DNA from: Heteronotia binoei
Lineage: Eukaryota
Direction of reading: 5' to 3'
DNA: 64,000 bases
Assembly (NCBI RefSeq): GCF_032191835.1
Contig: NC_083231.1
Span: 64,108,001-64,172,000 of the forward strand
Of this stretch, positions 1 through 10,496 are shown piece by piece. Made by a program: the position numbers and the translations under genes. How positions within the stretch are numbered: the first letter of the stretch is position 1; each line of letters opens with the position of its first letter. The notes under the pieces are model-generated. The model was not told the DNA's origin. It worked only from the letters and a program-made list of their open reading frames with translations, and searched no databases.

Positions 1-281
1 CACACATATTGTATGGCTCTCGAACCCCTACCCCCACCCCGTCAGCCAGCTTGGAGAAGGCATTTCTGTCTTTAAATCACTTCTCCAAGTCAAGCCAGCT
101 AGCGGCTTGGAGAATGTATTTAAAGTTAAAGCTGTTTTCTTTCCCCCTCTCCTACCCCATCTATTTGCCTGCCTGCCTGCTTGCCAGCCTCTCCTCAAAC
201 ACCTGATGATCATGTCTTTCAGCTCTCAAACATCTGATGGTTATTCTATGTGGCTATGTTAAGCAAGTTTGGCCACTCCTG
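1..281 (-). mobile_element. Non-autonomous hAT (Charlie-like) element, cut by the window edge
   Basis: Ends in a TIR-like AAGTTTGGCCACTCCTG. The body is the reverse complement of the TSD-bounded element at 9770-10107 (shared GGCATTTCT(G/C)TCTTTAAATCA and TTATTCTATGTGGC blocks). Confidence 0.8.
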
Positions 282-339
282 AACTGGGGTAACTGTGGAT
301 AGGATTATACTGCTGTGGGTATAGCACTAAATTGAGCTG

Positions 340-555
340 TATGGTTGCCAACTTTGTATTAGGAAATTCCTAGAGATTTGAGGATGGAACCTGTGGAAGG
401 AAGGGTTTGGGGAGGAGACGGATATCAGCAGGCTATAATGCAATGGAGACTTCTTTCCAAAGCGGCCATTTTCTCCAGGGGAACTAAAATCTCATTTGGA
501 GATGAGTTGTAATTCTGGGAGATCTCCAAGCCTTACCTGGAGGTTGGCAACCCCT
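340..555. mobile_element. ~200-bp MITE, TAGGGTTGCCA-TIR family (hAT-like)
   Basis: TATGGTTGCCAAC at the start and GGTTGGCAACCCCT at the end. Internal sequence matches 46297-46493 and 60405-60603. No TSD seen. Confidence 0.75.
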
Positions 556-732
556 GAAGATTCAAATGACATTATCTAGAATTCCACTATCTCTGTCTGT
601 GACCTCAAATAAAAACAAATTATCTTTCTATCTATGTTGGGTAATGTGCTGAATGGGTCTCTTTCTGCTATAATCTTTGATATATCTCACTTCTAAAGGA
701 TTCTAATTAATCTAACAAGTTCAACACTAAAG

Positions 733-840
733 AGAGGGAAGTTTGAGTCCATTGGCACCTTCAAGACCAATATACAAAAGTCATAGCTTGAATAAAACTT
801 TGCTGGTCTTGAAAGTGTCAATGGACTCAAACTTCCCTCT
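733..840. mobile_element. Palindromic remnant of a Penelope-like terminal repeat (inverted pLTR pair)
   Basis: 37-nt arms (733-769 / 804-840) with 2 mismatches. Shares the GAATAAA...TGGTCTT.AA.GTG...TGGACTC motif with 23156-23376, 29616-29735, 46594-46717 and 51645-51813. Confidence 0.65.
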
Positions 841-841
841 T

Positions 842-942
842 TATAGTTGCCAGATCCTCGGTCCAGGTGGGAGTTCCCACCATTTCAGAGGCTCTGCTCC
901 ACTGCCGGCCAGCAGGCTGGGTAAGTAGACCTGGCAACCCTA
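842..942. mobile_element. ~100-bp MITE, TAGGGTTGCCA-TIR family
   Basis: TATAGTTGCCAG at the start and CCTGGCAACCCTA at the end. Confidence 0.65.
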
Positions 943-1828
943 CTTCAGATACAGTAAAATAGAATTTCCTCAACCATGACATGTAGAAGGGGGGGATAGT
1001 TGCCAGGAAGGGCTAGTTACAGTCAAGATGCATAACTAACTAGTGGGCAATTGTAGTTTAGATTGGATTAAGGTAAAATCTGTGACGAGCAGCAAATTAG
1101 CATAAAATACAAGAGTTAACAACAGATGTGGAATGAAATTTGAGTGCAGTGTTCTGCTGCTTCAGACCTGTTACTAGAATTGCTTAGGTTTTCTCTTTTG
1201 TGGGGGAATTAGTGGAGGCAGACCAGAGATAGAGCTATTAAGAAATGGGTTCTCTCACCAATAATATGGAGGTCCAGTATCAGAAAGAAAACTCCAGATT
1301 TAAAATAATTTGAAATGTTTACCTAGAAAACAAAAGGTGAGAATGTGTTCCTGATGGCTGTCAGGAAGAGCCATAATGATTTAATATTTGAGATTAATTT
1401 TACCTCAGTACTCTGAGGGAAGAGGAAGGGAAGAGGGTTTGTGTAAGGGATTTGCTTATTAGCATAGGATCACACAAAAGGTGTTTCGGTGGGGTATGAA
1501 GACATGAAAAGATTAACTAGCTGTTGCCAGCCAGTACCTTGAGAACCCATTGTGTTGGACATTCCATTGCAGGGTGGAGGGGAGTGAGACAGGAACTAGC
1601 CTGGAGGACACTTGTTTTGCAACCTTAGCCAGAGACCTTGTTTGCAGGCTGAACTGTCCTTTAGCCCAAGCATGAAGTCTCTATCTTGGCCTGTTTTTCT
1701 GACTGGTTCAGATCAATCCCTGGGGACCCCACTGCTTATTGGGGTGCTCCCAGAGGATAGACTACAGACCAACACAGCTTACCCACCTGAAAGTGTAGAG
1801 AGGGGAAAGGGAAGGGAAGTATCCAAAC

Positions 1829-2330
1829 TAGGGTTGCCAAGTCCCACTCAAGAAATATCTGGGGACATTGGGGGTGGAGCCAGGAGACCTTGGGGGTGGA
1901 GCCAGGAGCAAGGGTGTGGCAAGCACAATTGAACTCCAAAGGGAGTTCTGGCCATCACATTTAAAGGGACCACACCTTTTAAATACCTTCCCTCCATTTG
2001 GAATAATGAAGGATAGGGGCACCTTCTTTTGGGGCTCATAGAATTGGATCCCCCAGTCCAATCTTTTTGAAACTTGGAGGGTATTTTTAGGAGAGTCATC
2101 AGATGCTATGCTGAAAATTTAGTGCCTCTGTCCCAAAAACTAGCCCCCTCAGAGCCCCAGATACCCACAGATCATTTTTTCATTATACCCTATGGGAATC
2201 AGTCTCCATAGGGAATAATGGAGTGCCCAGCAGACATTTTCTCCCCGACCCCGCTTTCTGATGACCCTGAAGCAGAGGGAGGGCCTCCAAACTGGGGGAT
2301 CCCCTGCTGCCAACTGGGGATTAGGCAACC
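1829..2330. mobile_element. ~500-bp MITE, TAGGGTTGCCA-TIR family with internal GGGGGTGGAGCCAGGA repeats
   Basis: 5' TIR TAGGGTTGCCAAGTCC and a degenerate 3' TIR GGATTAGGCAACC. Homologous to 8771, 24101 and 59364. Confidence 0.8.
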
Positions 2331-3229
2331 AAAGAGAGAGTCACACAGGATGTGGAACTGGAGAGCAACCATAGGCACCATGTACCACTGACTCCTGTAG
2401 CAGAGTTAACCCTTGACAAACCAATTCAAAAAATGTGAAAATATGTCCAGAAATATTAATTAATTCAGATAGTGAACATCGACCACAAGGGTATAGAAAA
2501 TTTCTCCAATATTAAAAATTAGTTTCCACAAGGGAATGAAGCTGACAGGCAAAACCAGTCTATTTTCCCATGTTTCACTGTAAGTTTCTCTAAACTGATT
2601 CTTGGAAGTGTTAGAATTATATGATCTTTGAGAGTGGAAGTTGTTTTGTAAATTGAATAAGCAATGGCTTAGATAAAGCTTACAGCAAAACAGGGGAAAA
2701 ATAGACCGGTTTTGCCTGCCAGCTTCATTCCCAAGAGATTAGGTTCCAACAAAGTTGAAAGAGGTTGTTGTAGCATCATCTTTCTGTATCAGAAGAACAT
2801 TGTTCATTTGAGCAGTGTTACTTCAGTGGTATTTAGGGGGCTTAAATGGTATTTAAGTGGTACCTCAGCATTGTCTTGTCTTGAGAATTTTGCTCTCTGC
2901 TGAATGATAGCAAACAGTGCTTTAAGGCCAATGAGTTGAGATAGTGGTATACTGCAATTAAAGGAATCGTGAAAATAAACTTTATTCATTTCCAACAGTT
3001 AGGATGTGGAGGAAAACCAGAATATAAATATTTTACTCAAAACAGCTGTATGTATGTACATATGAAACAAAGCACTATCCATGCAGGAGTTGTATTTCCT
3101 GGCTGCCACTTCTAACCAGCAATTGAGGGAGGCAGCATTTGTTTGGTCTTCAAGGATATGATCAGAGGATAATAGATAGGGAGAAGAAAACTGAGCCGGA
3201 TTTGTAATGCAGAAAATAATGGTATGAAA

Positions 3230-3385
3230 GAGCCACTGTGATGTAGAGGTTAGAGTTTCAGACTACAGTCTGGGAGATCCAGGATGGAAGCCTCACCTTG
3301 CTATGGAAGTTCACTGGATGACCTTTGGCTGGTCACACACTCAGTCTAGCCTATCTTACAGGGTTGGTGTGATTATAAAATGGAG
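3230..3385 (+). mobile_element. tRNA-derived SINE (Squam3A/MIR-like), old copy
   Basis: Degenerate A box (TGTGATGTAGAGG), a tRNA-like head and a MIR-like core (CCTATCTTACAGGGTTGGTGTGATTATAAAATGG). Confidence 0.65.
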
Positions 3386-3387
3386 GT

Positions 3388-3617
3388 CTACCATCCAAGC
3401 CAGAGCTGATCAGGTTTGCCTGGGCTATCCAGGTCAGGGTGGTGACTCATAGAGTTTTCAAGGCAAGAAACATTCAGAGGTGGTTTGCCATTGCCTCCTT
3501 CTGCATGGTGACCCTGGCCTTCCTTGGTGGTCTCCAATCCAAATACTAGCCTGGACTGACCTTGCTTATCATTGAAGATCTGAGGAGATCAGGCTAGCCT
3601 GGACCATCCAGGTCAGG
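3388..3617 (-). mobile_element. 5S rRNA-derived SINE (5S-Sauria-like) followed by a second, internally deleted head
   Basis: The reverse complement of 3520-3617 aligns by eye to 5S rRNA (CCTGATCTCCTCAGATCTTCAATGATAAGCAAGGTCAGTCCAGGCTAGTATTTGGATTGGAGACC), followed by an RTE/BovB-type tail (GGCAATGGCAAACCACCTCTGAA). A second head lies at 3388-3439. Confidence 0.75.
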
Positions 3618-3848
3618 ACAGACAGGCAAAATACTGGAAGCTATTTGTAGAACTGGTTTATAAAATGAATGATGTTTTCCTTTAGTTAGAGTAGATATTT
3701 CATTAGTAACCAAATTATTATTCATTTATTGGTACTTACTTTGGTGGCATGCAAGCAGTATATGCTGCACAGGCAATTTTTTGGGCCTTTGCCTGTGATC
3801 AAACAGAATTAAGTGCTTTAAGTTCTGTGTATTATTTGGGAGAGATTT

Positions 3849-3926
3849 GTAGTGTAGTCCTATGCAGAGTTACTCCTGTCTGAGCCCATTGATTAGACTA
3901 GAGCAGCTCTGTATAGGATTACACTT
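3849..3926. mobile_element. Small palindromic MITE (CAGTGCAATCCT..AGGATTGCACTG type)
   Basis: AGTGTAGTCCTATGCAGAG ... CTCTGTATAGGATTACACT inverted ends. Related to 23023-23473. Confidence 0.6.
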
Positions 3927-5126
3927 TTAAGCACGTGCATAATTATGTCCTGATTTTTGTTTGTTTTAATTAGACATCATGCTCTTTGGCTGGAATGCAT
4001 AAAGTAAATAATCTTTCTAAATATTAGGCTATCCCAGCACTAATCCATTGAAAGTAGGCAGCAGTCTGATCCACAATCAATTAAGAACATCACTAATATT
4101 CTGGAGGAAATTAATCATACTAATGCCCTAGTTAAATCAGTGGGCCTTTATCATAACTGGTTTCTTCTGTATTGGGGACTCTATGGGTGTGATCATACAA
4201 GAGATCTGGCCCAACACCTCCTCTTTGGACTTAACATGCATGATCAGATGCACACATCTGCCCCCCAAGTCCTGCCCATACTTATCTCATTTTAGGAAGG
4301 GCTGGGACTGGATTAAATAGCTACCAGGAACTTTCTGGTAGCAAATCTCTAAAACACAGGCAGGGCGCATGTCCCGGCTGTCTGAATGGCCAGGGCATGC
4401 AGTGAAAGTACTCCGCACACACAAGAGCCGTCTGAATGTACCTCTTGTACACGTGAGGCCCATGCCTCTCCCAGCAGCAGGGAGAAGGCTGTGTGATTGC
4501 TGTTACTCGCATCAAAGAGAACCAGCTTTTTGAAATCCAGGATGCTGCTGCACCAAATTCCCAGTGTGATCCCATCCTATGTATTTATTCCCTGTTTCCT
4601 TGCTATGTCCTGTAAGTAATATTTATATCTGCTCACCTCTCTCTTAGTCCTGCATTACTGAAAGTAATCCAACCAGCATCCTGCTGATGTCAGGCTGGCA
4701 GCTGGTAGGCACTACAAGCACCTTATGGGTTCTCTGAACCCAAGACTGCACAGCACTGGTATATCTATGTCCAGTATTGCTGAGATTTGATAGAGACAAC
4801 AGTGTTACAAGAGCTGAAGCTGTTACGAAAGAATAATCATTGCCATGGATACCCTCAATTTCTCTCCCCCCACCCAATTGATATTTCTAGTGATACTAAG
4901 CTTTGGACATTTTTGTAATATCACAAAAACCTGTTTGACCAGAGAAGATTCTGAGGCAGAGAAAAAAAGTATGGTGAACAAGGGCCCTATCATTCCCTCT
5001 TTAATCAAAAAGTGTTGCCTACCTCCAGCTAGTGACATCAAAAAATACTGTTCTGCAAAGCAGAATATATTTAAAGTAATAAACTTAGTTATTTTTGTGT
5101 TGTAAAAAGCTGAACTCTCTACAAGT

Positions 5127-5155
5127 GTCTAATATTTTTGTTCTGTTTCTTTAAG
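5127..5155 (+). promoter_or_regulatory. MAML3: MAML3 intron 1 3' splice site (branch point, polypyrimidine tract, AG)
   Basis: CTAAT branch-point-like motif at 5129-5133, then TTTTTGTTCTGTTTCTTT, then AG at 5154-5155, directly before the conserved LQETVKRKL. Confidence 0.85.
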
Positions 5156-6658
5156 CTACAAGAAACAGTGAAGAGGAAGTTGGAAGGTGCACGCTCACCC
5201 CTCAATGGCGAACAGCAGAATGGTGTGTGTGACAGTAACAAGCGGATACGAAAGGATGTACCTGGGATTGATGGGATCAACAGCTTACCCAACAACTTGC
5301 CTTTGCCTTCTATTTCCCCTCTGCACCAGCTTGACATGAAACCCTCATTACCCCTGCAAAATAGTGGAACTCATGCTGGAGGTTTGGATGACTTGGGTAA
5401 AAATGTTGGACTGCCAGAGATAAAACTCCCAATCAATGGATGCAGTGAGCTCGAAGATAGTTTTAGCATCTTGCACAACAACAAGGAACTAAAGCAAGAG
5501 CCACTGGATGATCCTAGCTGCATTGACACTTCTGACACATCACTTTCAAATCAGAATAAGCTCTTCTCGGACATTAATCTGAATGATCAAGAGTGGCAGG
5601 AGTTAATAGACGAGCTGGCTAACACCGTTCCAGAGGATGACATACAAGACTTGTTCAATGAAGATTTTGAAGAAAAGAAGGAACTTGAATTTCCCAGACC
5701 ACCCACTGATATACAAGAAAGTGCAAGTGTTAAAAGTGATCCATCTCACTCTCCGTTTGCCCATGTACCAATAGGGTCTCCCCAAGTAAGGCCTTCTTCG
5801 TCAGGTCCTCCATTTTCAAATGTCCCTACTGCTTCTAGCATACCTTCTGTCTCTAGTGCACCCTCTGCTCCAGTCCTTGACAGCTCACCAGCAAACTGTG
5901 TTGTTCAGTCACCTCAGACGCCCAACCAAGCACACACCCCAAGCCAAACTCAGTCACGACCTGGCAATGGCTATCTTATGAATCCAGCAACGGTGACAAC
6001 AGCAGGCCCAGGGTCAGGGCCGGTGGCTGTGTCCAACACTGACTTGTCTCCAGCTGAGCAGCTTAAACAGATGGCAGCACAGCAGCAGCAACGAGCAAAG
6101 CTCATGCAGCAAAAGCAGCAGCAACAGCAACAACAGCAGCAGCATCCAAATCAAACATCTAGCTGGTCCCCTGTGGGACCTCCATCTAGTCCCTATGGAG
6201 GACCCTTCAGTACAGATAAACCAAATAGCCCAATGATGTATCCCCAGGCCTTTAACAACCAAAACCCTGTTGTGCCTCCTACGGCAAACAACCCACAAAA
6301 GACTACAATAAATAACTACCTCCCTTCGAACCACATGAACATGATCAGTCAGCAGCCAAATAACCTAGGTACAAACTCCTTGAGCAAACAAACCAATATG
6401 CTTTCTTATGGCAACACTAAACCTCTGACTCATTTTAATGCTGATCTGAGTCAAAGAATGACTCCACCAATGGCCAATCCAAGCAAGAATTCCATGATGC
6501 CATACATGCAGCCCCAACAGCCTCAGCAGCTCCAGCAACCACAAATGCAGGCTCAGATGGCGCACTTGAGTGAAGAGCAGAAACGTATGCTTATCATGAA
6601 ACAGAAAGGAATAATGAACCAATCAATGGGCTACGGAACTCTTCCCTCCCTTGGTCAG
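5156..6658 (+). CDS. MAML3: Mastermind-like protein 3, coding exon 2 (501 codons, phase 0/0); partial gene
   Basis: The translation LQETVKRKLEGARSPLNG...LFSDINLNDQEWQELIDELANTVPEDDIQDLFNEDFEEKKE...SPAEQLKQMAAQQQQRAKLMQQKQ...HLSEEQKRMLIMKQKG matches the human MAML3 exon 2 sequence as I recall it. Bounded by AG at 5154-55 and CAG|GTAAGG at 6659. Length 1503 nt = 501 codons. Confidence 0.95.
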
Positions 6659-6664
6659 GTAAGG
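6659..6664 (+). promoter_or_regulatory. MAML3: MAML3 exon 2 splice donor
   Basis: CAG|GTAAGG, at the point where similarity to MAML3 ends (LPSLGQ). Confidence 0.9.
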
Positions 6665-6863
6665 ATGAACAGAAAGCATTCTCTGAATAGCTTGTTGTCA
6701 TAGCTGTTTCTTGTTTGCAGAAAAAATCTGGGAGGAACTAAAGCAATGCTTAAGTTACTCAGGTCTGACTCAAAATAACCCTTGTCGCCTCTGCACCACT
6801 GTTGACTGGGTTTATTTCAAGGGTCTTGGCTCAGACCCATCTGCTGATTATGTAGGTCTAGAA

Positions 6864-7679
6864 CAGTGTTTCCCAATTTGTGGGATGGTTGCAAGCCATC
6901 CCTCCCTGATGGCTGCCCCTGCCCTTTCCATTGTTCTCTTTTGTATTTTGGAAACCAAGATCCGATCCCAGAAACAAGTATTTCCTATGTCATGCATTAG
7001 TTGGTATTTTTTTTTCCACTTCATATACATATTGATCAAGTAAAATATGCCTTTATGGTTATAGAGTAAGTTTCTTAGAATCTTAGGAGGCTTTAGAGTG
7101 AGTAATGGAAAAGGAAAGGGTTGTCAAAGGCTGGAATGTCACCTCCAAATGAAACGGCTGTGTACTTTGGAAATATATTATTGTTATTGTTATTATTGTT
7201 GTTATCCTATCCTATCCTGCCATCTAGCTGTTTGGCAATCATATTGGAGGTAGACAGGGGTTTTCTGTAGAAAAAGCCCAACAGGAGCTCCCCCGTGCCT
7301 TTCCTAGTGCGCCCACCACAGCGGGCTTGCTGGGGAAGGCTGAATCCATCAGGGAGACATTTAAAGATGCCTCCCCACACCCTCCCCAGTGTGCCAGCCA
7401 CAACCCTGGCCAGCCCAGGCAGAGCACAACTTCTGTGCACTCCTGCCCCCCTCCCCCCAAAAAAGTCTTGTGGGCAGCTGTTCCCTTTCTGCAAAGTTTG
7501 TTTCTAAAAAACATCTGGCTGTCCACTACAGAAAATGGAATACTGAATTCAATTAAGGTGCCAAATTCATAGTTTGCCTAGGGCACAAAAAAACCCACTT
7601 GGGCCAGTCCTAGATGAGTCACCATTCCAAATAAATTTGGGCTTGTGGGTCACTATACCAAGAAGTTTAGGAACCACTG
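6864..7679. mobile_element. Non-autonomous hAT-Charlie element (may contain nested fragments)
   Basis: TIRs CAGTGTTTCCCAA / TTTAGGAACCACTG. 8-bp TSD GTCTAGAA (6856-63) / ATCTAGAA (7680-87), fitting the NTCTAGAN Charlie target. Confidence 0.8.
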
Positions 7680-8770
7680 ATCTAGAAGGCAATGACCATT
7701 ATTCCTTTACCACTGATGACTGTGAGTGAGCTGAGCCATTCTGATGTGGTCAGCATCCCTGTGCTGCCTAAGCAGAACGAGCCCTGAAGCTACTGCCACT
7801 TCTTCTTCTGACAGTTCTCCTTTTTGAAAAGGGATGTTTCTTCACATTTTCCAAGTGACATCACCCTCCTGAGCTGATATAATCTGCTAGCACATCTATT
7901 CTCTAGATTTAGGCATGCATGGAATCAGAGGTACTAATAGTTTTGAATTTTCTTCTCCAGATAGCCTGTTCTTTATAAGTTGTAGGATTTGCTCATCATA
8001 CATTCTTTCAATACTGATTGGTTGTAAATAGTTTCCAGCATTCAATGCTGACAGTTATACCAAAATAACAGGATTACTTGTCTCTCCAATTATGTGAGTG
8101 AAGATGAGGAAGAGTGAAAGCAACATAAGACTGAATGTATGTTAGGAAACATGACACAGGAGTCACAAAATGAATATTAGCCAAAAGGTTGGAGAGATAA
8201 ATTTTTAAAATTATTGAATATTTTATGGTGTGTGCTGAAAGTGTTTGTTACCCTTTGCCAGGCACAAATAAATGCCACAAATAATTATTTCTGACACAAC
8301 AATAGCATAAAAAGATTTAGCACATCTTCTAATTGAGTGGTTGTGCTCTCTGTTTCTGATGTGTTATTTGACACATGCTGGAAAACTGCGCACCATTTTT
8401 TGTTTCTGAGGGCTCCATGGCTATGAACAAAATCATTTCTTCAGAAAATGTTTTGTCATACAGAATATATGCATATTCTTAATTAGACAAGAGCTGCTTA
8501 TAGTGACTTACAGTTGCCATTTATTCAATAACTATTACCCTTGAGCATGTTGTGAGTTAAATTTTGTAAGCCATAGCTAATGCAATGCATTTCTCAGTTG
8601 TTGTGTACTTTGCCAGTAAACTTTGCTGTAGCAATGTATGGTGGTATATAAATATGTTTACAAAGAAATATATTGAAGTTACAAGGAAAGAATTATGCTC
8701 TGTTCATGACAAGGAAATAGAATTCAGTGGTAGTTTTCTGTAGAACAGTGAATTATGAGGCTATTGCAGC

Positions 8771-9428
8771 TAGGGTTGCCAAGTCCAATTAAAGAAAAAT
8801 CTGGGGACTTTGGGGGTGGAGCCAGGAGACTTTGGGGGTGGAGCCAGGAACAAGGATGTGACATAGAATTGGACCCTCTGGTCCAATATTTTTGAAAATT
8901 GGGGGGTATTTTGGGGAGAGGCACTAGCTGCTATACTAAAAATCTGGTGCCTCTACCTCAAAAAATAGCCCCCCTAGAGCCCCCAATACCCATGGATCAA
9001 TTCCCTATTATTCTCTATGGGAATCGTTCTCCATAGGGAATAATAGAGTGCCTAGTAGACATTTCCCTCCCCCCCACACACTTTCTAAAGGGGGGGCCTC
9101 CATACCAGGGAATCCCCCCTCCCTTCCCCCTCCCTCTCTCTCTCACACACACACACACACAAATACTTACCGTACTTGGTCTTCTTCCAGCAGAATTTGC
9201 TCCCTGTGAAAACGAAAGTAAGGCTGCACAGGAAAAGAAAGAGAGGGGCCATTCCTGTTTCCTGTGCAGCCTTAAAGGGACACATTTTAAAAATGGATCC
9301 CAAGCTGTAAAACAACATGATGCCTACAGGTATGTTCTCTCTCCCCTCGCCCCCAGATTTTTTAAGAGCGGGGGAGGAGGCTGAAAATTCGGGAGTCCCC
9401 CGCCAGGGCGGGAGGGTTGGGAAGCCTA
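8771..9428. mobile_element. Chimeric hAT MITE (658 bp)
   Basis: TIRs TAGGGTTGCCAA / TTGGGAAGCCTA. Perfect 8-bp TSD ATTGCAGC (8763-70 / 9429-36). Confidence 0.85.
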
Positions 9429-9769
9429 ATTGCAGCTAAGCAGCATTTCGATTTGGGGAAGGAAGAAGGGACACACATACAACAATGGCTGAAGGATAAG
9501 GTGTGACAGGAGAATGCTAAACCAGGTCATATACTGTGGTTGTACAGTAAGATCTTGTGGGTCCTTTTTAAATCTTAGGTAATGGATACTACCACAAAAT
9601 GGCTGCCATGAAGATTGGAACAAATCACAGAATGTTGGGGGTTTCCATACCAAATGTCTTCTTATGATGGAAGCAGGTGTTTCTGAGTCAGTGCTCCGTG
9701 CAGAAAGATCATATCTCTTCTGAAACACCAGTGATGCAGTGACATCACATTGTTTGTGATGCTGTAGCA

Positions 9770-10107
9770 CAGGGGTGACTAAACTTGTTTAACATAAGAG
9801 CCACATAGAATAAACATCAGAAGTTTGAGAGCCAGAAAACATGAATGTCAGATATTTGAGAGTCGAATGACAGGGAGGAAGGGAGGGAGGGGCAGGAAGG
9901 GAAGCAAATAGAGGGGGAGGTGGAAAGAAAGCAACTTAAACTTTAAATGCATTCTCCAAGCCACTGGCAGGCTTGTCTTAGAGAAATGATTTAAAGAGAG
10001 AAATGCCTTCTCCAAGCTGGCCAATGGGGTGTTGGGGGCTTTGAGAACCACACAATATGTGTGAAAGAGCCACATGTTGCTCCTGAGCTGCAGTTTGGCC
10101 ACCCCTG
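9770..10107 (+). mobile_element. Non-autonomous hAT-Charlie element (338 bp)
   Basis: TIRs CAGGGGTGACTAAACT / AGTTTGGCCACCCCTG. TSD CTGTAGCA / CTCTAGCA (7/8). Confidence 0.85.
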
Positions 10108-10491
10108 CTCTAGCACTTGGCAAAAGCGCTGTGGTTTAACAAAGCAGAAGAGTGTCACCAACCACACTGATCAGGTTTACCAGAGAGTTGCTGGTAATTC
10201 CTAGAAAGGTGTGATTTCACTTCTTGGTTTTCAAAGACATCACATTGTTAATGGGAGCTTGGGGCAAGGGATCCTTTGTCCCAGCTAGCGGGCTGGAAAC
10301 TCTAACTCCCTTGTGCTCTTATCCCCTTTTCCTACAAAATTTCTGGCCACAGGCCTGTCAGCAGAGGCAACGTAATAGTGTAGTCCATCTCCAAAAGCCA
10401 CAAGTATGAAAAATTACACGAAGTTGTTCCTTTTATGTTATCTGTGAAATGCTAAATTTTGCATGCATTAGTTTATGTTCTGTGATCTCAC

Positions 10492-10496
<5 letters not shown>

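Noticed and set aside
3520-3617. 5S rRNA gene
   Set aside because: Diverged, truncated and fused to a retroposon tail. SINE, not rDNA.
5138-6703. The 521-aa ORF as a complete single-exon gene
   Set aside because: The start is a TTG within the polypyrimidine tract. MFCFFK and VRMNRKHSLNSLLS lie outside canonical splice sites. It is an internal exon (5156-6658).
7709-7750. C/D-box snoRNA-like motif (ACCAC-TGATGA ... CTGA-TGTGGT)
   Set aside because: Only 21 nt separate the boxes, the C box lacks the leading purine, and the stem register does not fit a canonical kink-turn. Probably chance.
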